A stretch of DNA of 64,000 nucleotides from positions 32,001 to 96,000 of the forward strand of contig CAWIEK010000045.1 of assembly GCA_963835065.1 (NCBI GenBank), in the 5' to 3' direction. Source of the DNA: an uncultured Chthonomonadaceae bacterium (GTDB taxonomy: Bacteria > Armatimonadota > Chthonomonadetes > Chthonomonadales > Chthonomonadaceae). Shown here in pieces: positions 22,358 to 33,206 of this stretch. The position numbers and the translations under genes are program-made. Positions within the stretch are counted from its first letter, which is position 1. The number at the start of each line of letters is the position of its first letter. Under the pieces are notes generated by a model. The model made no database searches and was not told where the DNA came from. It saw only the letters and a program-made list of their open reading frames with translations.

Positions 22358-23161
22358 ATGTATCGAACCACGCAACGAGGGTTTACGCTGATTGAACTGC
22401 TCGTCGTTATCGCCATTATCGCCATTCTGGCTGCGATTCTCTTTCCCGTCTTTGCGCAGGCCCGCGAGTCGGCGCGTGTGACAAGTTGCCTGTCCAATAC
22501 CAAGCAACTCGCTATAGGACAACTGATGTACGCTCAGGACTATGATGAAATTATCATGGCGAGTGTGATCGTTGACCGCAACGCGGTTCCCGTTGATGCC
22601 CAGATCGAGGGTCTCTGGACAACAACCATTCAACCCTATATCAAAAGCACTCAGGTTCTGTTTTGTCCTTCCTATAATGCTTCCAACACCGCGCGATCTC
22701 TGGATGCGGCGGATTGTCAGGGGAATGGTACGCCGGGCAGCTATAGTGCAAGCCGGATTCCACCGCTGACGACTTACGGCCCGAAACATGACGGTTTTCT
22801 GGCGAATTACGGTGTAGCCTTACGCTTTGTGGGGGGAAACTGCACCCAAAACAGTCCCCATGCCTATTATCCTGGTTCGAGTTTCAATTATCAGGAGTCG
22901 CTTGCCGCAGTTGTGTCGCCGGCTCGCACCGCCATCATTGGCGATGCGTACACTCTGATTTTCCATTCGAGCGCAAGTCCGGGTGGGTTGCGCGAATCCG
23001 CTGGTTTCGGCTGTGACGGGCAGTTCAGTCACAGGGACGGCGGTGGGAACTATAGCTTCCTGGACGGGCACTCCAAGTTTATTTCGAAGAATGCCGAGCG
23101 TCATATTCTACAGGACAGTCAGGGATGCTGGTTCGAGGAGTACTTCTCAGCAGATGAGTAG
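22358..23161 (+). CDS. DUF1559 prepilin-type N-methylation / H-X9-DG protein
   Basis: [46 protein letters not shown]. Confidence 0.92.
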   Translation: MYRTTQRGFTLIELLVVIAIIAILAAILFPVFAQARESARVTSCLSNTKQLAIGQLMYAQDYDEIIMASVIVDRNAVPVDAQIEGLWTTTIQPYIKSTQVLFCPSYNASNTARSLDAADCQGNGTPGSYSASRIPPLTTYGPKHDGFLANYGVALRFVGGNCTQNSPHAYYPGSSFNYQESLAAVVSPARTAIIGDAYTLIFHSSASPGGLRESAGFGCDGQFSHRDGGGNYSFLDGHSKFISKNAERHILQDSQGCWFEEYFSADE

Positions 23162-23188
23162 GAAAAGCGAGAGGGAAGGAAAACCATC

Positions 23189-23368
23189 ATGCAAAAACAA
23201 GGACGCATTGTTACTCAAGCGCTTGCCATTCTGTTCGTCGGCATGATTGCCGTCACGACGGCAGGCTGTAGCCACAAGGAAGAAAAAACCGAAGCGGACT
23301 ACTACTCCGGCAAGGATTTTCAGCGCCCCAATACTGCCGCAAAAGAAGGAAAAAAGGAAGAACGATAA
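23189..23368 (+). CDS. small lipoprotein (59 aa, not in ORF track)
   Basis: MQKQGRIVTQALAILFVGMIAVTTAGCSHKEEK...; lipobox TAGC; AAGGA SD. Confidence 0.7.
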   Translation: MQKQGRIVTQALAILFVGMIAVTTAGCSHKEEKTEADYYSGKDFQRPNTAAKEGKKEER

Positions 23369-23499
23369 ACATTATCTATCACCCAGGATGCTGTCTTACG
23401 CCGCCTTTGAGATCAGGTTGCCAATCAGAAAACCCTCTCAGCGATTATTGAGAAATCTTCTCACATTTTCATCCAAAATTAAGCAAAGGAAGGCGCGCA

Positions 23500-24783
23500 T
23501 TAGAGTTGACGCGCCAATTGATCCAGCTTTTTCTGTCGCGCAGGGAGGGGAGCCAGCATCAGCAGCGCCTGTGTTTCGTCGAGGTAACGCGCGGCGGCAC
23601 TCGTGTCTCCTGCCGCCAGGTACACCTCCGCCCATATCATCAGTTCATGGATGTGCCTGTCGCCCAAGGAAAAGGGAGGAAGCCACGCCAGCGCGTCGCC
23701 AGGCTTGCCGCTGCTCAAGAGGACGCGCGCTTTTGCAAGGCGAAAATGCCTGGCTTCTTTTTCATCTCTGTTACAACTGTCCGGCAAGCATTGCTCCGCC
23801 TGCCGGATGAAAGACGCCGCCTCGTCATGGCGATGGGCCTTGCCGGCGTACACGGCCATATCGCTCAAAAGGGAGGAGTGCAGCGCGGGAGGCAGCAGGC
23901 GCAGCCAGGGATACAGCAGTTTGACGCCATTCTCCGGGCCGCTTGCCCCGTTCGCGGCGTGTGAGGAGAGAATATTGAGCGCGGTTGAGCAGAATTGCGC
24001 CGGCGCAATTCCGCCCCGCGCCAGTTTCAGTACGCGCCAGCTTACCGCGCAGGCGTCGGCTGTGCGCCCATGCATACTCAGCCACCAGCCATGCTGTGAT
24101 TCCAACTCCGCCAGGAGCGGCAATGCCTCCTCCGATCCCTCCAACAGCAGTCGCAGTTGGCGTTTCAGCGCCAGGAAGTACAAATCCGCCAGGGGTAGGA
24201 GCGTGAAATTACCTTCATGAATCTGCATCAGGGTTTCATATTGCTGCCAACACTCTTCCAGCGTCAGGTGAGGCGGCCATTGCGGGAGAGATAGACGCCC
24301 GGATTGTAAAATAGCCTGTTCCTGCGGCGAAGCGCGAAGGGCGCAGCACAAACGCGCCATATCCTCGTGGGAAGGGAGCGTTCTCGTGGCCTCCCAACGG
24401 ATAATTGTCGCTCGATTAACTCCCATTTCAACGGCAAGCTGCTCCTGCGTCGAGCCGTGCCGCGTTCGCATGGCGCGAAGCAAGTCGCCGATACCTGGCA
24501 TCGGCCCCAGCAGGGGTGTTGCATTGTTGCCCGTTCCCCCGCTGCCGAAAGTCGCGTGGAGACTGCGCCGGCCAGGCAGCAGCACATAAATTTGCGCTCG
24601 CTCCTTTGGCGTCGCTTCCAGCGCGGCCAGGACGTTTTCCAGTTCTATCGCGCGGGGCTGCTGCTGATCGGCCTCCCAGTAGCGCAGCGTCCGCGCGGTT
24701 ATTTGCGCGGACGCCGCCAGCCGTTCCTGCGATAACCCCCGTTTCCGGCGCAACTCGCGCAGGGCTTCCCCCAAACGATACAT
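23500..24783 (-). CDS. XRE-family regulator with two HTH domains and TPR-like C-terminus
   Basis: LRRKRGLSQERLA...LRYWE; MRTRHGSTQEQLA...IIRWE; paralog of 27178-28470. Confidence 0.88.
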   Translation of the reverse strand: MYRLGEALRELRRKRGLSQERLAASAQITARTLRYWEADQQQPRAIELENVLAALEATPKERAQIYVLLPGRRSLHATFGSGGTGNNATPLLGPMPGIGDLLRAMRTRHGSTQEQLAVEMGVNRATIIRWEATRTLPSHEDMARLCCALRASPQEQAILQSGRLSLPQWPPHLTLEECWQQYETLMQIHEGNFTLLPLADLYFLALKRQLRLLLEGSEEALPLLAELESQHGWWLSMHGRTADACAVSWRVLKLARGGIAPAQFCSTALNILSSHAANGASGPENGVKLLYPWLRLLPPALHSSLLSDMAVYAGKAHRHDEAASFIRQAEQCLPDSCNRDEKEARHFRLAKARVLLSSGKPGDALAWLPPFSLGDRHIHELMIWAEVYLAAGDTSAAARYLDETQALLMLAPLPARQKKLDQLARQL

Positions 24784-25079
24784 TTCACAACCCCTCCCCA
24801 AAGTTATATTGAATCATTATTCTCCTGCCCGCTTTATTCCTGCTCAACGCCGTCGCCCTGCACCGGAATAAAACCTGTAACATCGGAATATCACCTGTAA
24901 CATTTGCGGGTTTGGCACGAAAGTTGCAGGGATATAGATGAGGACGCCTATTTCATCCAAAAAGGTGGTTTAGGCTGAAATTCACCCTTGTTTTCGGGCA
25001 TCCGATTCCCGCGCAAGCGCTGCAACCGGCGTGTGCTTCTGCCTGAAACTTCTCACCACGACACGAAAGGAACACGCGC

Positions 25080-26147
25080 TTGAAACCCAATATCTTCACT
25101 CGCGCGCTGGGAGTGGCCGCCATGACTGCCGGGGTATTTACCCCGACTGCCAACGCCAACGCGCAGTATGCCTACGTGGCCGACTACAATGGCGGCCAGA
25201 TACTTCGGTATGACGCCACAACCGGCGCTCCGGTCAGCCCCAATCCCTACATCCCCGGTATCGGCGGCGTCGAAGGCATGGGAGGTCGCGATAACATCCT
25301 CGCCGCCGCCACGCTCGGAGGCCCTATCCACTTCATTGATGTCAGCGCCCCCACTCCCACGCTGATCCATACCCTCTTTACGCCGATCAACCCGCTGCGA
25401 ATAAACTTCTCCCTCGATGGAAGCAAATTCTACGTCGCGGGCAACAACGAGGTACTGGTCTACGACTATAAGGCGGTCATCAACTCGCCCACGAACACAG
25501 CCATAGCGCCGCTCAATTCCATTATTGACGTAGGCCATAGCGACTGGGGCGTTGCTGTCAACCCGCTCACCAATGAGGTCTACCATACCACCGGATGGTT
25601 CGGCGGCCCTGCCGGCGTCATCAAGACCGATCCGTTGCTCAACTCTCCCGTCACAGTCGTCGCAGCAGGCGCGAATGGCATCACCGGGCTGGCGGGCATT
25701 ACCTTTGCCAAAAATGGGCAGTCCTTTTACGTCGTCAACGGCGGGCTGACCAATCAAACTTCCAACGATTTTATCCAGCACTACAAGTCCGACGGGACTT
25801 TCATAGACACCCTGGATTTGACGGGACTGCCCGCCCACGCCCTCGATCTCGCGCTTGACGCCGAAATCGGACCCGATGGCAATCTGTATGTTACCTCCTT
25901 TACCAGCGGCACAAATCCCGCCAGTGGTTCCGTGCTGGAATTCAATACCACCACGGACAGTTACATGGGCTATTTCGTCGCGCCCGGTTCCGGCGGGTTG
26001 CTGTCGGCGAAGACGATTCACTTCACTTCCAATAACATCAACACCGCCGTCCCCGAACCCGGCAGCCTGGCATTGTTCCTCGGCATGGGCGTGACGGGAT
26101 GCTGTTTCTTGGCCCGCCGCAAAGTTCGCGCCCGTCAGGCCATCTGA
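25080..26147 (+). CDS. PEP-CTERM protein, beta-propeller-like
   Basis: Signal peptide; GPDGNLYV; VPEPGSLALF + TM + RRK. Confidence 0.88.
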   Translation: MKPNIFTRALGVAAMTAGVFTPTANANAQYAYVADYNGGQILRYDATTGAPVSPNPYIPGIGGVEGMGGRDNILAAATLGGPIHFIDVSAPTPTLIHTLFTPINPLRINFSLDGSKFYVAGNNEVLVYDYKAVINSPTNTAIAPLNSIIDVGHSDWGVAVNPLTNEVYHTTGWFGGPAGVIKTDPLLNSPVTVVAAGANGITGLAGITFAKNGQSFYVVNGGLTNQTSNDFIQHYKSDGTFIDTLDLTGLPAHALDLALDAEIGPDGNLYVTSFTSGTNPASGSVLEFNTTTDSYMGYFVAPGSGGLLSAKTIHFTSNNINTAVPEPGSLALFLGMGVTGCCFLARRKVRARQAI

Positions 26148-26324
26148 AAACTCTTGTATTCTCCGGCATTTTCACCGGAATAATATCAGTCACATTGCCC
26201 GAATAGCATGAATTATGCAACAATCGTTTACGACCACGCAGTTCATCCGTAAGCAGGAATGATTTTCTGAGCTCATACCCGCCTGCGATGGCATAACCCC
26301 TGGCTGAATATGACAAAGGAGCAA

Positions 26325-27020
26325 ATGATCTTGAAAACGGGAATTTTATCCATGCTGATGCTAAGCGCGCTTATGGGCGCGTGTACTGTTGCCGCGCATG
26401 CCCAATCGGTTGACACGGTTGATTGGGCAACAGATGTTACCCCGGATGGCACGGGAACAGGAACCCTCGCCGGGGGCGCAATCACCGTCACCTATTCCAC
26501 GATTCCGGCGGCGGGCAATGCCGGAATTACCATCGCGGATAACTGGAACGTTTCCCTGGCTACGAATGGCGCAGTCGGAACCGGCGTCACGCACCAGAGC
26601 GGTGGTGTCTTCGGGACGCTCACGGGCAGCTTTGTCCAGGCGGTTCAGTTCAGCGCCAGCGTCATGAACCCGATTCTGTACGTCAACTTCTCAGACGCGA
26701 CCACGACGATGGATTTCGGCGCGCAAACGCTGACATTCCTCGACAGCAACAACGCGCAGTTGGCAGGCAACATCGTTTCGTTTGTCGGTTCGAGCAACGG
26801 CTTCAATGACGGCTTCGCCGCGCAGATCAACGGCACGTTCGGGCCGGGGGTCCCGATCCAGTTTACGTACTTCAGCAATGGTTCCGTATCGGGCTTCGAC
26901 TCTGTCGGCTTCACGGTAGGCGTTGCCCCGGCGGCCGTTCCCGAACCCGGCAGCATCGCCTTATTCGCCGGTCTTCTCACGGTTGGCGGAATGTTCGCGC
27001 GCCGCCGCGCCCGCAAGTAA
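26325..27020 (+). CDS. PEP-CTERM protein
   Basis: Signal peptide; VPEPGSIALFAG...RRRARK; AAGGAG SD. Confidence 0.88.
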   Translation: MILKTGILSMLMLSALMGACTVAAHAQSVDTVDWATDVTPDGTGTGTLAGGAITVTYSTIPAAGNAGITIADNWNVSLATNGAVGTGVTHQSGGVFGTLTGSFVQAVQFSASVMNPILYVNFSDATTTMDFGAQTLTFLDSNNAQLAGNIVSFVGSSNGFNDGFAAQINGTFGPGVPIQFTYFSNGSVSGFDSVGFTVGVAPAAVPEPGSIALFAGLLTVGGMFARRRARK

Positions 27021-27119
27021 TCTCCATTTGCCGGAGATAGTTCCGTTCTTGCTCACGGCGCGGCGGCAGACTCTTGCCTTACCAACGCCCTTGCGATTGC
27101 GGCGCTGTCCTAACCTCAC

Positions 27120-27151
27120 AAAGCCCTCTCCACGATGCTGGAGAGGGCTTT
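27120..27151. terminator. bidirectional intrinsic terminator
   Basis: aaagccctctcca / tggagagggcttt. Confidence 0.8.
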
Positions 27152-27177
27152 CATGCGCTGCCTTAAAATCAAGGGGA

Positions 27178-28470
27178 TTAGAGTTGCCGCGCCAATTGAT
27201 CCAGCGTTTTCTGGCGGGCAGGCAAGGGAGCCAGAGTCAGCAGCGCCTGTGATTCGTTCAGACAGCGCGCGGCGGCGTCCTTCTCCCCAGCGGCCAGATA
27301 CATCTCCGCCCATATCATCAGTTCATGGATATGTCCGTCGCCGGCGGCAACGGGCGGAAGCCAGTCTAATGCCTCAAGCGCCTTGCCGTGGAGCAAAAGA
27401 ACGCGCGCTTTCGTCATGTGAAAATAGTCTCTGTTTATTTTACTTTCCTGGCCCCGGCTATGCAAAGACCGCTCCGCCTGCTGAAGAAACGAGGCGGCTT
27501 CCTCCTGGCGGCGTGCCATGCCCGCATACAGGGCCATATCGCATAGAAGGCAGATGTGCAGCGCAGGAGAAAGCAGGCGCAGCCAGGGATACAGCAGCTT
27601 GACGCCATTTTCCGGCCCGCCGGCGCCACTCATGGCATGGGCGGAAAGGATGTTGAGAGCGTCCACAAAAAAATAATCCGGGGCTGTCGCGCCCCGCGTC
27701 AGGTTCAGCGCGCGCCAGTTCCCCGCGCAGGCCTCGGCTTTGCGCCCTTGCATAAACAGCCACCAGCCATGCAGCGCCTCCACTTTCGCTAACAACGACA
27801 AAGCCTCGGAAGACTGGCTTAACAGCGGACGCAACTGAAGCTTCAAGGCCAGCGCGTACAAATCCATCAGGGGAAGAAGCGCGAAGTCACCCTTGCGTAT
27901 CTGCATCAGGGTTTCATACTGTTGGCGACACTCCTCCAGCGTCAATTGCGGCGGCCAATGTGAAGGAGAGAGACGCCCCGACTGCAAGGCCGCCAGCTCA
28001 TGCGGCAAAGCGCCAAGCACACCGCACAAACGCGCGCTATCGTCTTCGGAAGGAACCGTCCGCGTGGATTCCCATCGAAATATGGTTGACCGGTTGATAC
28101 GCATCTCATCAGCAAATTGCTCCTGTGTCCAGCCGCGCCGCATACGCATAGTCCGTATCATATCCCCTGAGCCGGGGAGTGGGCCGAGCAAACTTGCCGG
28201 AATATTCCGTGTTCCCTCGCCTTGCTGCACGAGAGGATTTCGACGACGATCCGGCAATAGCGCGTAGATTTCCACCCGCTCTGACGGGGTCGCTTCCAGC
28301 GCTTTTAGTACATTTTCCAACTCCACGAGGCGTGGCATCTGATAGTTATCAGACTCCCAGTAACGCAGCGTCCGGGGCGTAATCCGCGCCTGTATCGCCA
28401 CTTGTTCCTGCGACATACCCCGCTTCAGGCGCAAAGCGCGTAAACTATGTCCCAAACGATACACCGCCAC
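27178..28470 (-). CDS. XRE-family double-HTH regulator (paralog)
   Basis: Highly similar along its length to 23500-24783. Confidence 0.88.
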   Translation of the reverse strand: MAVYRLGHSLRALRLKRGMSQEQVAIQARITPRTLRYWESDNYQMPRLVELENVLKALEATPSERVEIYALLPDRRRNPLVQQGEGTRNIPASLLGPLPGSGDMIRTMRMRRGWTQEQFADEMRINRSTIFRWESTRTVPSEDDSARLCGVLGALPHELAALQSGRLSPSHWPPQLTLEECRQQYETLMQIRKGDFALLPLMDLYALALKLQLRPLLSQSSEALSLLAKVEALHGWWLFMQGRKAEACAGNWRALNLTRGATAPDYFFVDALNILSAHAMSGAGGPENGVKLLYPWLRLLSPALHICLLCDMALYAGMARRQEEAASFLQQAERSLHSRGQESKINRDYFHMTKARVLLLHGKALEALDWLPPVAAGDGHIHELMIWAEMYLAAGEKDAAARCLNESQALLTLAPLPARQKTLDQLARQL

Positions 28471-28726
28471 ATACCTCCTTTGGTTTAGTTATATACCGTT
28501 CATTCTGCATGTATACGCCTGACTCCTGCTTGGTCCATTTCTTGTGTTTACCGGAAATATACCTGCAACATCGCTTTAATGGGCATGGAATATGCAATAC
28601 CTTATTCTTGAGGCCCTCGCGCTTGTACCGGGAACGCGCCTTGTATCCGGCATAGTATATTCAACGCGCCCGCTCTTACAACAGCGCGCCTTTCGCTCCT
28701 GCCGTTCTTGAAAGGAACACGCATTT

Positions 28727-29413
28727 ATGTACCTCCGACATGCTCTTCGCAGCGCTATTGCCATTGCTGCTTTCACCGCTCTCGCCATTGCCCAACCCGC
28801 TCATGCACAGCAGATTGACACTATAGATTTCACACCTGATAGTGTGGCTGATGGAACGGGAACCGGTACGCTTGCCAATGGCACAATTGCCGTCACCTAC
28901 ACAACACAATCCAACGCCGGGTTTACTCTCGGCATCAACTGGAACGCTTCGCTTGCTACCAATGATGCGGTCGGAACGGGTGCCACCCACCTCATCGCAG
29001 GCGCCTTCGCCGCCGATAATCTCACGGCGGCGACACAAACCGTCACGTTCGATTCTGCCGTGACCAATCCGATTGTGTATGTGGTCTTCGCGGATCCCAG
29101 TACCAGCCTAACTTTCGCTTCCCCCCTGACGCTGCTGGACAGCAACAACGCGCAACTGTCAGGCGGCAGCCTCGTCAGTTTCGTCGGCGCAACAAACACG
29201 CCTGATGATGGGTTCGCGGCGCAAGTCAATGGAACGTTCGGCCCCGGCAATCCACTGACATTCCTTTACAGCAATCAATCCGGGGGCACACAGTCTTTCT
29301 CCCTGACTGTCGGCCTCAATCCCGCCGCCGTTCCCGAACCCGGCAGCATCGCCTTATTCGCCGGTCTTCTCACGGTTGGCGGAATGTTCGCGCGTCGCCG
29401 CGCCCGCAAGTAA
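28727..29413 (+). CDS. PEP-CTERM protein, paralog of 26325-27020
   Basis: Shared DGTGTGTLA, LDSNNAQL, DGFAAQ.NGTFGPG; identical C-terminal tail. Confidence 0.88.
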   Translation: MYLRHALRSAIAIAAFTALAIAQPAHAQQIDTIDFTPDSVADGTGTGTLANGTIAVTYTTQSNAGFTLGINWNASLATNDAVGTGATHLIAGAFAADNLTAATQTVTFDSAVTNPIVYVVFADPSTSLTFASPLTLLDSNNAQLSGGSLVSFVGATNTPDDGFAAQVNGTFGPGNPLTFLYSNQSGGTQSFSLTVGLNPAAVPEPGSIALFAGLLTVGGMFARRRARK

Positions 29414-29511
29414 TCTCCACTTGCGGGAGAGGGTTCCGTTCTCGCTTGCGGCGTTGCGGCAGCCTCTTGCCCTACTAACGCCTTACGATTGCGGCACTGT
29501 CCTAACCTCAG

Positions 29512-29543
29512 AAAGCCCTCTCCACCATAGTGGAGAGGGCTTT
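29512..29543 (+). terminator. intrinsic terminator (copy of 27120-27151)
   Basis: aaagccctctcca / tggagagggcttt. Confidence 0.8.
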
Positions 29544-29752
29544 CTGAGTTTCCATGAAAATTAAGAGTATTAGAGCGGTCGCGTTCGTTGTTCCTGATGT
29601 TGTGGCGGGGAACAGCGCGTCGTATACTGCCCTTCGACGCCGGGTATACGAACCTTTACCATTTTCCTTTTCCCCTTGCAGCGCGGGCAAACTGCCCGTC
29701 GGCGCGTGAGGTATACTGTATTACCCCCAGTTTTCACGGAGGAACCCGTCTC

Positions 29753-30349
29753 GTGGCCTACAACAAGTTTACAATGGCGCAGTTGCGAAAAGAGTATCAG
29801 TTGGAAGATACGGCGCAGGCCGCGCTTTTTGCCGCCGCGCCGCCTGCGGTCATTTCCGATTGGCTGCGCGAAACGCTGGCGAAACAAACCGAAACCGCTC
29901 TGCGCAGCGGTTCGGAGAAAGCCCGCGCCGAGTACATCATTGCGCCCATTTTACAGGAGATTTATGATCAATCCTGTGATCGCGCCAATCTGTTCTCCGG
30001 TATCGAATTCAATGTAGACAAGAAGCGTGGGCTTGCTGGTTTCTGCGATTTCCTGTTTACCCTCGCACCGCGCAAGATAACGATACAGGCTCCTATCATC
30101 TCCGTTGTGGAAGCAAAAAAGGAGGACATACCTTCAGGGATACCGCAATGTTTTGCAGAACTTATCGCCGCGCAGATATTTAATGCGGCGGAGGAACACA
30201 GCATAGACACGCTTTACGGCATTATCACAACCGGCGAAATCTGGAAATTCTTGCGTCTTCGGGGAACGGAGGCTACCATAGACACCGACGACTACTTCCT
30301 CAACCAACCGGAAAAGATTGTCGGCATCGTCCTTGCCATGCTGCGCTGA
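29753..30349 (+). CDS. hypothetical PD-(D/E)XK-like protein (HsdR N-terminal-like)
   Basis: SEKAR.E.II.P, GFCDF, VVEAKK, QC.AEL.AA, GIITTGEIWKF; GTG start after GGAGG. Confidence 0.7.
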   Translation: MAYNKFTMAQLRKEYQLEDTAQAALFAAAPPAVISDWLRETLAKQTETALRSGSEKARAEYIIAPILQEIYDQSCDRANLFSGIEFNVDKKRGLAGFCDFLFTLAPRKITIQAPIISVVEAKKEDIPSGIPQCFAELIAAQIFNAAEEHSIDTLYGIITTGEIWKFLRLRGTEATIDTDDYFLNQPEKIVGIVLAMLR

Positions 30350-30541
30350 AAGCGCTCTGACATCCTAATCGCGCTTTCAAGCGAATAGTCAATCCTACAG
30401 TCCGCCCGATTATGTTGGGGCGGACTTTTTTGTTTTGGCAGAAATCAGCGGTCACACAGGCAGGAGACGCGGCCATGCAGCGCGAACAAGCGTGTATCAC
30501 AATTTCGCGTATCACAATTTCTGACAGGGGAGGAAACACGC

Positions 30542-31336
30542 TTGGAAGCTGAAACACTGAAAGAGCAATTGGAACAGTTTCACCGGGAGGGCTTTCTGGT
30601 ACTGCCCGGCTTGCTGCCCAAAGAAGACGTCGCCGAATTGCGTATGGGCGTGGAAGCCGCGTTTGCCAAACCCAGCCCCGTTGCCGACGTATACGGCCCC
30701 TATCTGGCAAAGATTTGGCGTCCGCTGATGTTTGAACACGGCCCGGCCTTTGAACAACTGGTAGACCATCCCGCCATCATTGATCTTATCGAAGCGATTT
30801 TAGGCAAGGACTGCCATCTCATCGCCAACAGCGCCTTACGCACGGGCGCGGACGAAACCATTTCCGCATGGCACGTAGACGAGTGCGTCCGCTTTCCCCG
30901 CCCGGACGATGTGCCGCTCGACCCGCGCATCCCCATGCCCTGCTTCGTTATCAACCTCAACTACTACCTGTGCGACGTGGACGACGATCTCGGCCCCACC
31001 GAATTCATTCCCGGCAGCCACCGCGCCGGACGCTCGCCCCTGCCTTCCGACAAAGACGCCAATGGCAACCCGACGTATGAAGGCCGAACTGCCGTCAGTA
31101 CGCCCGGACCTGCCGGAACCGCCGTGCTGTGGAACGACCAGGCATGGCATCGGGGTGGCCTGAATAAGACGCCCGACCGCATCCGGTGGGTACAGCAAGC
31201 CCCTTACGCCAAACGCTTCATCGCGCAGCGCTTCTACCCGTTCCTCAACTACCAAATGCCTCCCGCCATTCTGGAACGCGCCAATCCCCGCCGCAAGCGC
31301 CTGCTCGGTCTTCACGCGCCGGGAGCGTTCGGATAA
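30542..31336 (+). CDS. phytanoyl-CoA dioxygenase family protein
   Basis: FHREGFLVL, WHVD, GPTEFIPGSH, WHRGG. Confidence 0.9.
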   Translation: MEAETLKEQLEQFHREGFLVLPGLLPKEDVAELRMGVEAAFAKPSPVADVYGPYLAKIWRPLMFEHGPAFEQLVDHPAIIDLIEAILGKDCHLIANSALRTGADETISAWHVDECVRFPRPDDVPLDPRIPMPCFVINLNYYLCDVDDDLGPTEFIPGSHRAGRSPLPSDKDANGNPTYEGRTAVSTPGPAGTAVLWNDQAWHRGGLNKTPDRIRWVQQAPYAKRFIAQRFYPFLNYQMPPAILERANPRRKRLLGLHAPGAFG

Positions 31337-31386
31337 GGATCAAGGATGAATAAACATGGCAACTCTACCTTTCGTCTATCGGTTGC

Positions 31387-32127
31387 CTAATTCCTACTCT
31401 CCAGCCATTGGCTGATTGCAGCGCGGGCGCGGTCGGGGGCTTCGAGGTGGGAAGCGTCTATCACGGCAACCTGCGCGGACGGACCGGCAAGCTGCGCCAA
31501 GCCTTCCACGCGGGCAACGGGTATAAGAACGTCCTGACGGGCGGCAATGAACAGAGCGGGCAGGCTGCCGAGATGCTGCGCGGACGGGACGAGGCTTTCG
31601 ATTTCGGTTAGAAGCTGCACGGCGGGAGCGCCGGCAACGTAATCGCTGCGCTGCGTCAGCATGGCGCGGCCAATGGCTTCCATAAAACCGCGCGACGGCT
31701 CCAATCCCATGCAGATGCTCACTATCCCCGCCAAATGCGGCAAATTCGCGTTTGGCGGGTTTTGTTGTTCCTGCGCGGCTACCGCAAGCGAAGCCGCCGC
31801 GCCCATCGAATGGCCGACAAGCGCAATCTGTTCCGCCCGCGTATTCTGCCGCAGCCAATCCAGCGCGGCTTGCAGATTTTCCACAGCCTGACGCGCATGG
31901 CGCATTTCCCCGCCCGTCGCGCCCAACTTATGCCCCACAAAGTCAAACGTCAGCCCTTCGTACCCTTTTCCCGCCAGATAACTCGCCAGCAGGTCAAGGC
32001 TGTACTTGCCCGACGTAAAGCCGTGCGCAAACAGCAGCGCGGTGGGATGCGCCACCTTCACCGGCACATAGCGCAAGGCGGCAATACTGACCTCTTCACC
32101 GGGTATTGTCACTGCTTCTAACTTCAA
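31387..32127 (-). CDS. alpha/beta hydrolase
   Basis: AHGFT, GHSMG nucleophile elbow, Asp and His. Confidence 0.88.
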   Translation of the reverse strand: MKLEAVTIPGEEVSIAALRYVPVKVAHPTALLFAHGFTSGKYSLDLLASYLAGKGYEGLTFDFVGHKLGATGGEMRHARQAVENLQAALDWLRQNTRAEQIALVGHSMGAAASLAVAAQEQQNPPNANLPHLAGIVSICMGLEPSRGFMEAIGRAMLTQRSDYVAGAPAVQLLTEIESLVPSAQHLGSLPALFIAARQDVLIPVARVEGLAQLAGPSAQVAVIDASHLEAPDRARAAISQWLESRN

Positions 32128-32227
32128 TCAAAGTTCCTCATAATCTACAGACATAAGTTCATGTTGACGGGCGCGTATCAGCGCCGCAAAGCCTGCCAAC
32201 GTTACTTCAACCATCTGCTTCATTGGT

Positions 32228-33046
32228 TTAGCCACCGGCTTCATTGGGAGGAGGCTGTACTGCCTGCTGCGTTCCCATCACGCCGCGCGTTTTGTGCCGC
32301 GCGCCCTCTTCCTGCTGAGTGCGCCAATTCGGGTCTTGCAGGGAACGAACAACTACATCACGCGCTTCTTCCGGGCTGTCGGTGACGATCAGCAGGTCCA
32401 TGTCGGCGGCAGTGATATTGCCGTGTTCCAGCATGGTTGTGTTGAGCCAATCCAGCAAGCCCTGCCAGTACGCGGAACCGAACAGCACGACGGGGAAATT
32501 CCTCACTTTGCCGGTTTGTATCAGCGTCAGGGACTCGAACAGTTCGTCCATTGTGCCGAAGCCGCCGGGGAAAATGACGAACGCCTGCGCGTACTTTACC
32601 ATCATGGTTTTGCGGGCGAAGAAGTAGCGAAAGTCTACGCTGATGTCTACATAACGGTTCAGGGATTGTTCAAACGGCAGTTCGATGTTCAGGCCGATAG
32701 ACGTTGCCCCGGCTTGCTTCGCGCCTCGATTAGCCGCTTCCATGATGCCCGGCCCGCCGCCCGTGATAATGGCAAGTCCCGCGCCTCCCAACAATCGCGC
32801 CGTTTCCATCGCCGCCCTGTACATCGGGTCGCTGTCTTGCGTTCGCGCCGAACCGAACAGCGTCACGGCAGGCCCAAGCCCCGCCAGCGCGTCAAAGCCT
32901 TCCACGAACTCGCCGCTGATGCGCCAGATACGCCAGGGGTCGGAATGGGTAAACGCGGCCTTATTCGGATCGGGGACGGCCAGCAGTTTTTCGTCTTCGG
33001 TTTCCTCGCCGCGCGATGCGGCGCGGTTCAAAGCGCGAACAGGCAC
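32228..33046 (-). CDS. LOG family (TIGR00730) nucleotide phosphoribohydrolase
   Basis: FGSAR, TGGGPGIMEAAN, PGGFGTMDE. Confidence 0.92.
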   Translation of the reverse strand: MPVRALNRAASRGEETEDEKLLAVPDPNKAAFTHSDPWRIWRISGEFVEGFDALAGLGPAVTLFGSARTQDSDPMYRAAMETARLLGGAGLAIITGGGPGIMEAANRGAKQAGATSIGLNIELPFEQSLNRYVDISVDFRYFFARKTMMVKYAQAFVIFPGGFGTMDELFESLTLIQTGKVRNFPVVLFGSAYWQGLLDWLNTTMLEHGNITAADMDLLIVTDSPEEARDVVVRSLQDPNWRTQQEEGARHKTRGVMGTQQAVQPPPNEAGG

Positions 33047-33206
33047 GATATGTGACGTCAGAAGATTGGTTTTCCGGGTTGTTTGAAATGTTGGTCATGG
33101 TGTTCAGGTGTTCAGGTGTTCAGGTGTTCCGGTGTTACTTGTATTTAAGGCTAAGTAATGTGTCAACAGAGTACCATATTCAGGTCTTTCCGAACACCTG
33201 AACACC

